Of a stretch of DNA of 64,000 nt, positions 1 to 10,300 are shown piece by piece. The notes below the pieces were generated by a model. The model saw only the letters and a list, made by a program, of their open reading frames with translations. It was not told where the DNA came from and made no database searches. Made by a program: the position numbers and the translations under genes. Position 1 is the stretch's first letter. Every line of letters starts with the position of its first letter. Source of the stretch: Malacoraja senta (taxonomy: Eukaryota); the NCBI GenBank assembly GCA_038087875.1, contig CM075995.1:5210001-5274000 (forward strand), given 5' to 3'.

Positions 1-59
1 CTTCAGACTCAACCATTTCTCCAGCGTTTTTGTCTACCGCTCTATAGATGCTGCCTCAC

Positions 60-500
60 CCGCATTCACATTCCCGGGCAGATGGTGTGGTAGGTGAGAC
101 ACGGCGGTGGTCCCAGCACCGACCCTCCCCAAGGCACCGCTCACACCTCCCACCCTCATCTCCGGCAGCCGCTCTGTCCACACCACATGGAGGTTTAACC
201 CCGGCCCGGTGCCAGGAGCGAACCGGGTGAGTGGGAGCGTCGGTGCCGCCTCCGGAGCCGCGGGGATGAATCTCGGGCTAAGGCTCCACTCCGATGCCCG
301 ACCCCCGGGTCACTGACCCTCACCTCCCACACACCGCCGGGTCACTGACCCTCACCGCTTCCGTTCCCCAGCTGGACACAGAGCACCTGGGCCGGCCCGC
401 ATTCCCGGGGAGGGGGGGGAGGGGAGGAGAGAGGGAAATGCTCCCCGGACATCGCCAAGTCTCCGCTCACTCCGGGTGTTGTCGCCGCTTCACTGACCCA
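60..500. promoter_or_regulatory. GC/CpG-rich island, possible promoter or first-exon region
   Basis: CpG-dense sequence unlike the AT-rich remainder; consensus + strand donor CGG|GTGAGT near 226 and - strand G|GTGAG motifs near 323 and 355; followed by a CA-rich tract at ~500-555. Confidence 0.4.
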
Positions 501-554
501 CACTCTCACACACAATCTAACACACACCCTTACACACACACATTGGCACACACA

Positions 555-672
555 AGGTTTAAAGGGATATGGGCCAAATGCAGATAAATGGGACTAGTTT
601 AGATGGGGCATCTTGATCTGCATGAACAAGTTGGGATGAAGGGCCTGTTTGCATGCTGTAAGACTATGACAC
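555..672 (+). mobile_element. CR1 (HER1-like) LINE 3' tail fragment
   Basis: GGGATATGGGCCAAATGC...GAAGGGCCTGTTT...GCTGTA...GACTATGAC matches the CR1 3' ends seen elsewhere in the window. Confidence 0.75.
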
Positions 673-1121
673 TGTAGAAAGGGTGCAATTGCTCTGGAGA
701 GGATCCAGAGGTGATTTATGAACATATTGGCAGGGCTGGAATTTTTGTTTCACTTTGAAGAAAGATTTGATAACTGGACGTATTCTCTGCAGCAACGGAG
801 GTGAAGAAGAGACTTAGTTGAGGTGAATAATATTATGAGAATAGGACCTGTTTCGCTTAATAAAGAGTAAGAAGGAACTGCAGGGTAGTTTAAACTGAAG
901 ATAGATACTAATAGCTGGAATAACTCAGCAGGACAGGCAGCATTTCTGGAGAGAAAGACTAGGTGGTGTTTCGGGGAGACCTTCAGACTGGAGAGGTTAA
1001 AAACCAGCAATAAAACACAATGACTTGAGATGTGTGTTATCCAACTAAAGGCAGTAATCAGAATCATGTGTTCATCTTTATTGACGTGTCACCATAATAA
1101 ATATTACTTTAAAAAAATTAA

Positions 1122-1400
1122 TGGGGTGGCACGGTGGCGCATCGGTAGAGTTGCTGCCTTGCAGCACCACAGACCCAGATTTGATCCTGACTACGGGTGC
1201 TGTCTGTACAATATTTGTACATTCTCCTTATGACCACATGGTTTTCTGTGGAAATTCCGGTTTCTCCCACATCTGAAAGAAGTGCAGGTTTGTAGGTTAA
1301 TTGGCTTCTGTAAATTGTCCCTGGCATGTAGGATACAACTGGTGTATGATAGATTGCGGTCGGTGTTGACTTGGTGGGCCGAAGGGCCTGTTTCCATATA
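1122..1400 (+). mobile_element. tRNA-derived V-SINE (HE1-like)
   Basis: tRNA-like head (GGTGGCGCA..GGTAG, TTTGATCC), central V-domain-like core, CR1-shared tail GGGCCGAAGGGCCTGTTTCC. Confidence 0.85.
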
Positions 1401-2742
1401 TATGTTTTACATATATATCTTAATTTCATTGAACCATATACGGTAGAATATGTGGCATTATTTTCATCTTGTTTCTATAGTCAAAGGGTAAGGTTAATTG
1501 ATTTATTTGTGCAGATCAGTGATGGAAGTCTGACTCCTCCTGCCTTGTTTCCATGTTTTTGTTTATATATGCATAACATCTCTATATGTGAATTATAATC
1601 TGATTTCCATACATGAACATACTAAGGTCATTCATGTGCTGCACCTGTTGATCAGAGCCTGGCTCTACTGTGGAATGTAATTAGGAATGTAATTTAGCCT
1701 AACCTTATTCACACCTAATCCAATTTGAAGCATAAATGTTGCATCAAGTGTAAGTTAAAGGTATGCACCAGATTCCACAATTTCAAACTGAAAAATGCAA
1801 AAGCTTCCTACCGTGGGAGTGGGGACACCACACCCTCCCCCCCCCTCGGTCGCTGTACTCCCTCGTAATTTCTCACTCTCACCTCTCACCCAATGTTGCC
1901 AGCCCTTTTATTCCTCCATGCCAAATGCAAGGAGTTAACGTACTGTAAATGTTTTACGGAGGAGAGGAGTCTCTGTCTCATCTAGGTACGTCCAGAAATA
2001 TATTGCCTAGTTTCGAGGAACCAACAGAAAACAAAAGAGTTTGCAACGTCTTTCACAGTTGTTCCACTCGAGCTGGGGAATTTTACCCTTGCCCTATTCC
2101 TTTCTCCTGCACCTGGCTTTACACGTGATTAAGTACGAGAGCTGTGATACAGATCTGCCAGTTGTTATAGATAATTACATTTGAGCTCTACAAAAATAAT
2201 TATACTATGAAGTAGACCATTGACACGAAAGCACTAAACACAAGAGCAGATTTGTTAATGCCAGCGTTGTTGCCATTTCAAGTCTATTTACAGCATTTTT
2301 CATTCTCAGGATAATTGCAACAATACCATAAGTGTTTAGTCCGATGTTCTTGGACAGATTAATGTACATGGTAAAGTACATTAGAATTCTGGGAGTGCCT
2401 CCCAGAAAGGATATGGACGGGATTTTAATCAGATAATTGTTTTTTCTCGTCCCAGTCGTCAAACAGAGTAGATGTCCAGATGAACTAAATTACCTGGCAG
2501 TTACAGTACAACAGCGCTGACGAAGACTGACTCAGTTTTTTGTGCCCACGCTTAATGGATGTCCTTTGAAAGATGTTCAGAGAATGTAAGCGACCATTTA
2601 CTGCCCAATTTCTTTCAGGATTTTCAGTCTTTCTCACCAGATAGAAACGTCCAGGACTCGACATCTACACATTACAACAGGAAATCACTTTGAAGCAGGA
2701 TCTTCACACAATTACTGGCTACAAGGTCCTGAATGTTTGATT

Positions 2743-2880
2743 CTTCTTCTTGCGTATGGCTTGCACAGCCTAAAGTTGTAGGACAACTTGTTCTATTTGA
2801 TCTTATTTGATTGTGCACTCCAAGTTGATTGCATTCGTCGAAACAGGGCGGACCACGTGAAGGCTGCAATCTCCCACTCC
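2743..2880 (-). mobile_element. 138-bp HDV-ribozyme-headed short retroposon, family 1 copy 1
   Basis: 11-bp TSD AATGTTTGATT (2732-2742, 2881-2891); (AAG)n tail; second copy at 45432-45876 with the same ends. Confidence 0.85.
2827..2880 (-). ncRNA. Minimal HDV-like self-cleaving ribozyme (predicted)
   Basis: Minus strand GGAGUGG GA GAUUGCA GCC UUCACGU GGU CCGCCCU G U-UUCG-A C GAA UGCAAUC fits P1/P2/P3/L3/P1.1/P4/J4/2, with a G1-U wobble and a catalytic C; one P1 mismatch. Confidence 0.8.
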
Positions 2881-3069
2881 AATGTTTGATTGTTAAATCA
2901 TTAATTCATGTCATTAATCTGGAAAGAGTGTAGGTAGATATTTACAAAAATGTTGTCGGGATACGACAGTCTGAGCTTTAGGGAAAGATTGGGCATGTTA
3001 GGGCTTTTTTTACTTCACATGCAGGAGGTTGAGCATTGATCTTTTCAAAGTATATAATATGAGTGTAGC

Positions 3070-3506
3070 AAAGTGTGGAGTAATGCATTTTGGTATTGGA
3101 ATAAAGGCGTAGATTATTTTCTAAATGGGGAGAGAATCCAGAAATCGGAGGTGCATTGGGACTTGGGAGTGCTGGTGCAGGATTCCCAAAAAGTTAATCT
3201 GCAAGTCGAATCAGTAGTAAAGAAAGCAAACGCAATGCTGGCATTTATTTTGAGAGGGCGTGTATACAAAACGGATGTAATGCTGAGGCTCTATAATGTG
3301 CTGGTCAGGCCGCATTTGGAATATTGTGAGCAATGTTGGGCACCATATCTGAGGAAGGATGTGCTGGTGCTGGAGATGGTCCAGAGGAGGTTTACAAGAA
3401 TGATCCCAGGAATGAATAGGTTAACATATGATGAGCGTTTGACGGCACTGGGCCTATATTCGCTGGAGGTCAGAAGAATGAAGGGGGACCTCATTGAAAT
3501 GTACAG
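3070..3506 (+). mobile_element. CR1 LINE RT C-terminal fragment, left part (resumes 6891-7245)
   Basis: DLGVLV...LYNVLVRPHLEYC...RRFTRMIPG...GDLIE; the sequence continues in register as DLDRVDVERMFPL after the nested element. Confidence 0.85.
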
Positions 3507-3865
3507 AGGAGCCTGAGGTTGTGGTACATATAGGTACCTATGACATAGGCAGAAAAAGAGAAGAGGTCCTGAAAGGAGAATTTAGGGAGTTGGGAGGAGA
3601 GTTAAGGAGAAGGAACGCAAAGGTAACAATCTCAGGATTACTACCTGTGCCACGTGACAGTGAGAGTAGGAATGGAATGAGGTGGAGGATAAATGCGTGG
3701 CTGAGGAACTGGTGCAGTGGGCAGGGATTCAAATTTCTGGATCATTGGGACCTCTTTTGGGGAAGGTGTGACCTATACAGAAAGGACGGGTTGCACTTGA
3801 ACCCAAGGGGGACCAATATCCTGGCGGGGAGATTTGCAAAGGCTATTGGGGAGACTTTAAACTAG
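3507..3865 (+). CDS. CR1 ORF1 C-terminal part, SGNH/GDSL esterase-like (5'-truncated)
   Basis: VVVHIGTYD...ISGLLP...DGLHLN, the GxND and DxxH blocks typical of CR1 ORF1 esterases. Confidence 0.8.
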
Positions 3866-3870
3866 AACGG

Positions 3871-6816
3871 TTGGGGGGAGGGACTCAAATTGAGAAAGCT
3901 AGTAGAAAATGTGGGAGGCAGGAGGCAGAGAAGGGAAGCACTCGGACCCAAAATGCAGGGGAGAAAGAAGAAAAAGATAATAAACAGAGAATAAGTGGTG
4001 GTGGGTTTCTTAAATGTGTATATTTTAATGCTAGGAGCATTGTAAGAAAGGTGGATGAGCTTAGAGCCTGGATTGACACCTGGAAGTATGATGTTGTGGC
4101 GATCAGTGAAACATGGTTGCAGGAGGGCTGTCATTGGAAACTAAATATTCCAGGATTTCATTGCTTCAGGGGTGATAGAATTGGAGGGGCAAGAGGTGGG
4201 GGTGTTGCATTGCTTGTCAAGGAAGATATTAAAGCAGTGCTTTGGCAGGATAGATTAGTGGGCTCGTCTAGGGAGGCTATTTGGGTGGAACTGAGAAATG
4301 GGAAAGGTGTAGCAACACTTATAGGGGTGTATTATAGACCGCCAAACGGGGAGCGAGAATTGGAAGAGCAAATATGTAAGGAGATAGCAGATATTAGTAG
4401 TAAGCACAAGGTAGTGATTGTGGGAGATTTCAATTTTCCACACATAGACTGGGAAACACATTCTGTAAAAGGGCTGGATGGTTTGGAGTTTGTAAAATGT
4501 GTGCAGGATAGTTTTTTGCAGCAATACATAGAGGTACCTACTAGAGAAGGGGCAATGCTGGACCTCCTGTTAGGAAATGAGACAGGGCAGGTGGCGGAGG
4601 TATGCGTTGGGGAGAACTTCGGGTCTAGTGATCACAATACCATTAGTTTCAATATAATTATGGAGAGGGTCAGAACTGGACCTAGGGTTGAGATTTTTGA
4701 TTGGAGAAAGGCTAACTTTGAGGAGATGCGAAAGGATTTCAAAGGAGTGAATTGGGACATGTTGTTTTATGGGAAGGATGTAGAAGAGAAATGGAGGACA
4801 TTTAAAGGTGAAATTTTAAGAGTACAGAATCTTTATGTCCCTGTTCGGTTGAAAGGAAATAGTAAAAATTGGAAAGAGCCATGGTTTTCACAGGAAATTG
4901 GACACTTGGTTCGGAAAAAGAGAGAGATCTACAATAATTATAGGCAGCATGGAGTAAATGAGGTGCTTGAGGAGTATAAAGAATGTAAAAAGAATATTAA
5001 GAAAGAAATTAGAAAAGCTAAAAGAAGATATGAGGTTGCTTTGGCAAGTAAGGTGAAAGTAAATCCAAATGGTTTCTACAGCTATATTAATAGCAAAAGG
5101 ATAACAAGGAATAAAATTGGTCGATTAGAGAGTCAGAGTGGACAGCTATCTGCAGAGCCAAAAGAGATGGGGGAGATATTGAACAATTTATTTTCTTCGG
5201 TATTCACCAAGGAGAAGGATATGGAATTATGTCAGGTAAGGGAAACAAGCAGAGTAGCAATGGAAACTATGAGATTCAAAGAAGAGGAGGTGCGGACACT
5301 TTTGAAAAATATGAAAACGGATAAGTCTCCAGGTCCTGACAGGATATTCCCTAGGACATTGAGGGAAGTTAGTGTAGAAATAGCAGGGGCTATGACAGAA
5401 ATATTTCAAATGTCATTAGAAACGGGAATAGTGCCGGAGGATTGGCGTACTGCGCATGTTGTTCCGTTGTTTAAAAAGGGTTCTAAGAGTAAACCTAGCA
5501 ATTATAGACCTGTTAGTTTGACGTCAGTGGTGGGCAAATTAATGGAAAGGATACTTAGAGATAATATATATAAACATCTGGATAAGCAGGGTCTGATTAG
5601 GAACAGTCAACATGGATTTGTGCCTGGAAGGTCATGTTTGACTAATCTTCTTGAATTTTTCGAAGAGGTTACTAGGGAAATTGATGAGGGTAAAGCAGTG
5701 GATGTTGTCTATATGGACTTCAGTAAGGCCTTTGACAAGGTTCCTCATGGAAGGTTGGTTAAGAATATTCAATTGTTGGGTATTAATGGTGGAGTAGCAA
5801 GATGGATTCAACAGTGGCTGAATGAGAGATGCCAGAGAGTAATGGTGGATGGCTGTTTGTCAGGTTGGAGGCCGGTGACTAGTGGGGTGCCTCAGGGATC
5901 TGTGTTGGGTCCACTGTTGTTTGTCATGTACATCAATGATCTGGATGATGGTGTGGAAAATTGGATTAGTAAGTATGCAGATGATACTAAGATAGGTGGT
6001 GTTGTGGATAATGAAGTAGATTTTCAAAGTCTACAGAGAGATTTAGGCCATTTGGAAGAGTGGGCTGAAAGATGGCAGATGGAGTTTAATGCTGATAAAT
6101 GTGAGGTACTACATCTCGGCAGGACAAATCAAAATAGGACGTACATGGTAAATGGTAGAGAATTGAGGAATGCAGTTGAACAGAGGGATCTAGGAATAAC
6201 TGTGCATAGTTCCCTGAAGGTGGAATCTCATGTAGATTGGGTGGTAAAGAAAGCTTTTGGTGTGCTGGCCTTTATAAATCAGAGCATTGAATATAGAAGT
6301 TGGGATGTAATGTTAAAATTGTACAAGGCATTGGTGAGGCCAATTCTGGAGTATGGAGTACAATTTTGGTCGCCTAATTATAGGAAGGATGTCAACAAAA
6401 TAGAGAGAGTACAGAGGAGATTTACTAGAATGTTGCCTGGGTTTCAGCAACTAAGTTACAGAGAAAGGTTGAACAAGTTAGGTCTTTATTCTTTGGAGCG
6501 CAGAAGGTTAAGAGGGGACTTGATAGAGGTCTTTAAAATTATGAGCGGGTTAGACAGAGTTGACGTGGATAAGCTTTTCCCATTGAGAGTAGGGAAGATT
6601 CAAACAAGGGGACATGACTTGAGAATTAAGGGACAGAAGTTTAGGGGTAACATTAGGGGGAACTTCTTTACTCAGAGAGTGGTAGCTGTGTGGAATGAGC
6701 TTCCAGTGGAAGTGGTGGAGGCAGGTTCGATTTTATCCTTTAAAAATAGATTGGATGGGTATATGGACGGGAAAGGAATGGAGGGTTATGGTCTGAGTGC
6801 AGGTAGATGGGACTAG
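3871..6816 (+). CDS. CR1 ORF2, APE endonuclease plus reverse transcriptase, uninterrupted (981 aa, TTG start in track)
   Basis: NARS, ISETW, GDFN, SDH endonuclease motifs; YRPVSL, QHGF, DFSKAFD, PQGSVLGP, YADD RT motifs. Confidence 0.95.
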   Translation: MGGGTQIEKASRKCGRQEAEKGSTRTQNAGEKEEKDNKQRISGGGFLKCVYFNARSIVRKVDELRAWIDTWKYDVVAISETWLQEGCHWKLNIPGFHCFRGDRIGGARGGGVALLVKEDIKAVLWQDRLVGSSREAIWVELRNGKGVATLIGVYYRPPNGERELEEQICKEIADISSKHKVVIVGDFNFPHIDWETHSVKGLDGLEFVKCVQDSFLQQYIEVPTREGAMLDLLLGNETGQVAEVCVGENFGSSDHNTISFNIIMERVRTGPRVEIFDWRKANFEEMRKDFKGVNWDMLFYGKDVEEKWRTFKGEILRVQNLYVPVRLKGNSKNWKEPWFSQEIGHLVRKKREIYNNYRQHGVNEVLEEYKECKKNIKKEIRKAKRRYEVALASKVKVNPNGFYSYINSKRITRNKIGRLESQSGQLSAEPKEMGEILNNLFSSVFTKEKDMELCQVRETSRVAMETMRFKEEEVRTLLKNMKTDKSPGPDRIFPRTLREVSVEIAGAMTEIFQMSLETGIVPEDWRTAHVVPLFKKGSKSKPSNYRPVSLTSVVGKLMERILRDNIYKHLDKQGLIRNSQHGFVPGRSCLTNLLEFFEEVTREIDEGKAVDVVYMDFSKAFDKVPHGRLVKNIQLLGINGGVARWIQQWLNERCQRVMVDGCLSGWRPVTSGVPQGSVLGPLLFVMYINDLDDGVENWISKYADDTKIGGVVDNEVDFQSLQRDLGHLEEWAERWQMEFNADKCEVLHLGRTNQNRTYMVNGRELRNAVEQRDLGITVHSSLKVESHVDWVVKKAFGVLAFINQSIEYRSWDVMLKLYKALVRPILEYGVQFWSPNYRKDVNKIERVQRRFTRMLPGFQQLSYRERLNKLGLYSLERRRLRGDLIEVFKIMSGLDRVDVDKLFPLRVGKIQTRGHDLRIKGQKFRGNIRGNFFTQRVVAVWNELPVEVVEAGSILSFKNRLDGYMDGKGMEGYGLSAGRWD

Positions 6817-6890
6817 GGGGAAGTTAAAAAAAACAACAACAAAAAACGACGGACTTGAAGGGCCGGGAAGGCCTGTTTCCGTGCTGTAAT

Positions 6891-7620
6891 TGAGAGACTT
6901 GGATAGAGTGGATGTGGAGAGAATGTTTCCACTAGTGGGAGAGTCTAGGACGAGAGGTCATAGTCTCAGAATTAAAGGATGTTCTTTTAGGAAGGAGATG
7001 AGGAGGAATTGCTTTAGTCAGAGGGTGGTGAATCTGTGGAATTCTTTGCTACAAAAGGCTGTGGAGGCAAAGTCAGTGGATATATTTAAGGCAGATATAG
7101 ATAGATTCTTGATTAGTACGGGTGGCAGAGGTTTTGGGGAGAAGGCAGGAGAATGGGGTTAGGAGGGAGAGATAGATGAGGCATGATTGAATGGCGGAGT
7201 AGATTTTTGTTGGGCCGAATTCTACTCCTATCACATGATCTTATGATGAGGTGAATAGATACGGTGAATGCACGTAATCTTTAACCCAGGGTAGGGGAAG
7301 CAAGGACCAGAGGACAGAGGTTTAAGGTGAGGGGCAAGATTTACTGGGCAGCTGAAGGGCAATTCTTTCTCACTCAGAGGGTAGTGGGTGTATGGAACAA
7401 GCTGCCAGCGGAGGTAGTTGAGGCAGGGACTATCCCAACATTTAAGAAACAGTTAGGTACATGGATAGAACAGGTTTTGGAGGGATATGAACCAAATGCG
7501 GGCAAATGGGACTAGTGTAGCTGGGACATGTTGGTCGGTGTGGGGCCGAAGGGCCTGTTTCCATACTGTATCACTCTATGACTCTATGAAAGGTTCCGAG
7601 GGATATGAGGCAAATGTGGG
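6891..7620 (+). mobile_element. CR1 3' ends (continuation of the older CR1 plus a second CR1 tail)
   Basis: RVVNLWNSL and RVVGVWNKLP ORF2 C-termini followed by CR1 tails. Confidence 0.8.
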
Positions 7621-7685
7621 CAAATGGGACTAGCTTAGATGGTGCATCTTGTGCCAAACTAAAGTGAAGTAAGATAGTGTGCAAC

Positions 7686-7753
7686 AGGTCCACAGCAGAA
7701 GGTAGGCCCACAGCAGGAGGTAGGTCCACAGCAGAAGTTAGGTCCACAGCAGA
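7686..7753 (+). repeat. 18-bp minisatellite, about 4 units (AGGTCCACAGCAGRAGGT)
   Basis: Contiguous tandem units; copied again at ~9522-9587. Confidence 0.85.
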
Positions 7754-8883
7754 TGCCATTCCCCTGACCCGAAACTCATCTCTGAAACACCTAAACAGCA
7801 AGGGCACCTACTTTTGACTTGTATGTATTGACTATAACTCTGTCTACACCACCATAATTCCATCCAAACTCCTGGGTCTAGGAATCAGCCAGCACCCCCC
7901 CTCCCCCCCCACACACACACACACACACTTTCCACGCTGCTCCACGTAGTGTCAGAGTCTCATACACTTTCTTCACTCTGAGTTCTCTTCTGCAACTGGG
8001 GTAAGATCTCAATCTTCTTCTTCAATCTCAGCCAAGATCTCAAACACCTTTTCCAGAGGGTCTATGGTCTCAAACACCTCCAAACTGAGATAGCGTTCAA
8101 ATCACACTTTCCACGTTACGCCAGGATCTTGAACATGTCCACAGGCTGAAACGTATGCTACAACTCTCCCACCACAATGAGTCGGGGCTGTGCTGAGGAA
8201 GGATTCCAAGCAGATTCAATCCCTGGTTATGTCTGGGCCTGTTACACCTTTCATTGGATTCTCCAAATGCTAGACAACCTGTCCATTGGTTCTGTTTGTG
8301 TAGGCCTGGTCATTTATGCTTGCTTCTCTTTTCTTCATTTGTGTATTCTGCCCCCCTCAGCGTGTGCCATTTGTTTATCATGTACAAGATCACCACGACC
8401 TTAACAACACATTTCACAGACCAAGGAGACAAGGAATTGCAGATGCGGAATCTTGAGCAAACCACAAAATGCTGGATAAACTCAGTGCATCAAGGAAAGC
8501 ATCTCATAGCATCATCGAGTCACACAACACTAAAACATGCCCTGCAGCCCAACTAGTCCATGGCAACCAAGACGCCCCATCAAAGTTAGTCCCATTTGCC
8601 CATATTTGGCCCATCCCTCTAATCCTTTCCTTTCCCTGTACCTGCTCAAATGCCTTTTAAACGTTGTTATTATGCCTGCCTCAACCACCCTCTGATTGAG
8701 ATAATAATTTCATGTGAAACCCCATCTACCATGTGTTGTGCTTCTTTTATGTCCAGCTTCTCAATGCCTACAAGGTTTGTCTAGTCTCGTTTAGAGATAC
8801 CGCGTGGAAATAGCCTTTGAGATCCACCGAGTCTGCACCAACCAACAATCACCCATGCACATTAGTTCTATCCTGCACACAGG

Positions 8884-9862
8884 GCGGGACGGTGGCGCAG
8901 CGGTAGAGTTGCTGCCTGGCAGCACCGGGGACCTGGGTTCGATCCTGACTTTGGGTGATTGTCTGTGCGGAGTTGGTACGTTCTCCCCGTGACCGCTTGG
9001 GTTTCTCCGAGATGAGGCATGATTGAATGGCGGAGTAGATTTTTGTTGGGCCGAATTCTACTCCTATCACATGATCTTATGATGAGGTAAATAGATACGG
9101 TGAATGCACGTAATCTTTTACCCAGGGTAGGGGAAGCAAGGACCAGAGGACAGAGGTTTAAGGTGAGGGGCAAGATTTACTGGGCAGCTGAAGGGCAATT
9201 CTTTCTCACTCAGAGGGTAGTGGGTGTATGGAACAAGCTGCCAGCGGAGGTAGTTGAGGCAGGGACTATCCCAACATTTAAGAAACAGTTAGGTACATGG
9301 ATAGAACAGGTTTTGGAGGGATATGAACCAAATGCGGGCAAATGGGACTAGTGTAGCTGGGACATGTTGGTCGGTGTGGGGCCGAAGGGCCTGTTTCCAT
9401 ACTGTATCACTCTATGACTCTATGAAAGGTTCCGAGGGATATGAGGCAAATGTGGGCAAATGGGACTAGCTTAGATGGTGCATCTTGTGCCAAACTAAAG
9501 TGAAGTAAGATAGTGTGCAACAGGTCCACAGCAGAAGGTAGGCCCACAGCAGGAGGTAGGTCCACAGCAGGTTAGGTCCACAGCAGATGCCATTCCCCTG
9601 ACCCGAAACTCATCTCTGAAACACCTAAACAGCAAGGGCACCTACTTTTGACTTGTATGTTGGGGTTTTCTCCGAGATCGTCGGTTTCCTCCCACACCCC
9701 AAAGACGTACAGGTATGTAGGCTAATTGGCTTGGTGTAGGTGTAAATTGTCCCTAATGTGTGGAGGATAGTGTTAATGTGCGGGCATTGCTGGTTGGCGT
9801 GGACTCGGTGGGCCAAAGGGCCTGCTTCCGCGCTGTATCTCTAAACTAAATTAAACTAAACT
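8884..9862 (+). mobile_element. V-SINE interrupted by a 651-bp local duplication (9010-9660)
   Basis: SINE head 8884-9013, SINE remainder 9661-9862 ending (CTAAA)n; the insert matches 7174-7826. Confidence 0.85.
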
Positions 9863-10300
9863 AGGGACACTTTACAGAAGCCAATCAACCAACAAACCTG
9901 CATGTCTTTGGAATGTGGGAGGGAACCGGAGCAGCAGGAGAAAACCCTCAAGGTCACAGGGAGAACGTACAAATTCCGTACCCTCCCTGTAGTCAGGATC
10001 GAACCCGGGTCCTGGGTGCTGTCTCAATTGGTGGGGTTTTTCGGCGAATGCCGGCATCATTGACTGACGTATCAGGTCACCGAAAAATTCATGGCGTGAT
10101 GTGGCGTGACGCGGCGGTGATGCGGCGTGATGACTTATTGACGCGCAGTGTTTTTTCAAGTGTCGCAACATTATTTTTGTCGCCGCTGGATTTTGAAATG
10201 TTCAAAATCTTTTGCCGACCCTGATATGACACCGACAGTCGGCAAAAGAAATCGCCAAGTGGGACAGGCCATTAAGGGAACAACTCTACTACTGTGCCAC
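9863..10300 (-). mobile_element. V-SINE interrupted by a Harbinger-like MITE (~10018-10272)
   Basis: Antisense SINE; insert ends AGTGGGACAGGCC like the 45527 MITE; left TIR degenerate. Confidence 0.7.

Larger units (their letters stand above)
3507..6890 (+). mobile_element. 5'-truncated young CR1 LINE nested in an older CR1
   Basis: ORF1 remnant, intact ORF2 and 3' tail GGCCTGTTTCCGTGCTGTAA; interrupts a different CR1 subfamily. Confidence 0.95.

Noticed and set aside
2387..2407. Perfect 9-bp hairpin TTCTGGGAG-TGC-CTCCCAGAA as an iron-responsive element or terminator
   Set aside because: No CAGUGN loop or C-bulge, single occurrence, eukaryotic context.
2205..2462. 85-aa minus-strand ORF, and an opposite-strand FFILRI peptide faintly like TLC-domain membrane proteins
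   Set aside because: TTG start, no recognisable domain; the plus frame is bracketed by stops and lacks fitting splice sites.
7686..7753. Regular repeats as a CRISPR array
   Set aside because: Contiguous 18-bp units without unique spacers, no cas genes, vertebrate DNA.
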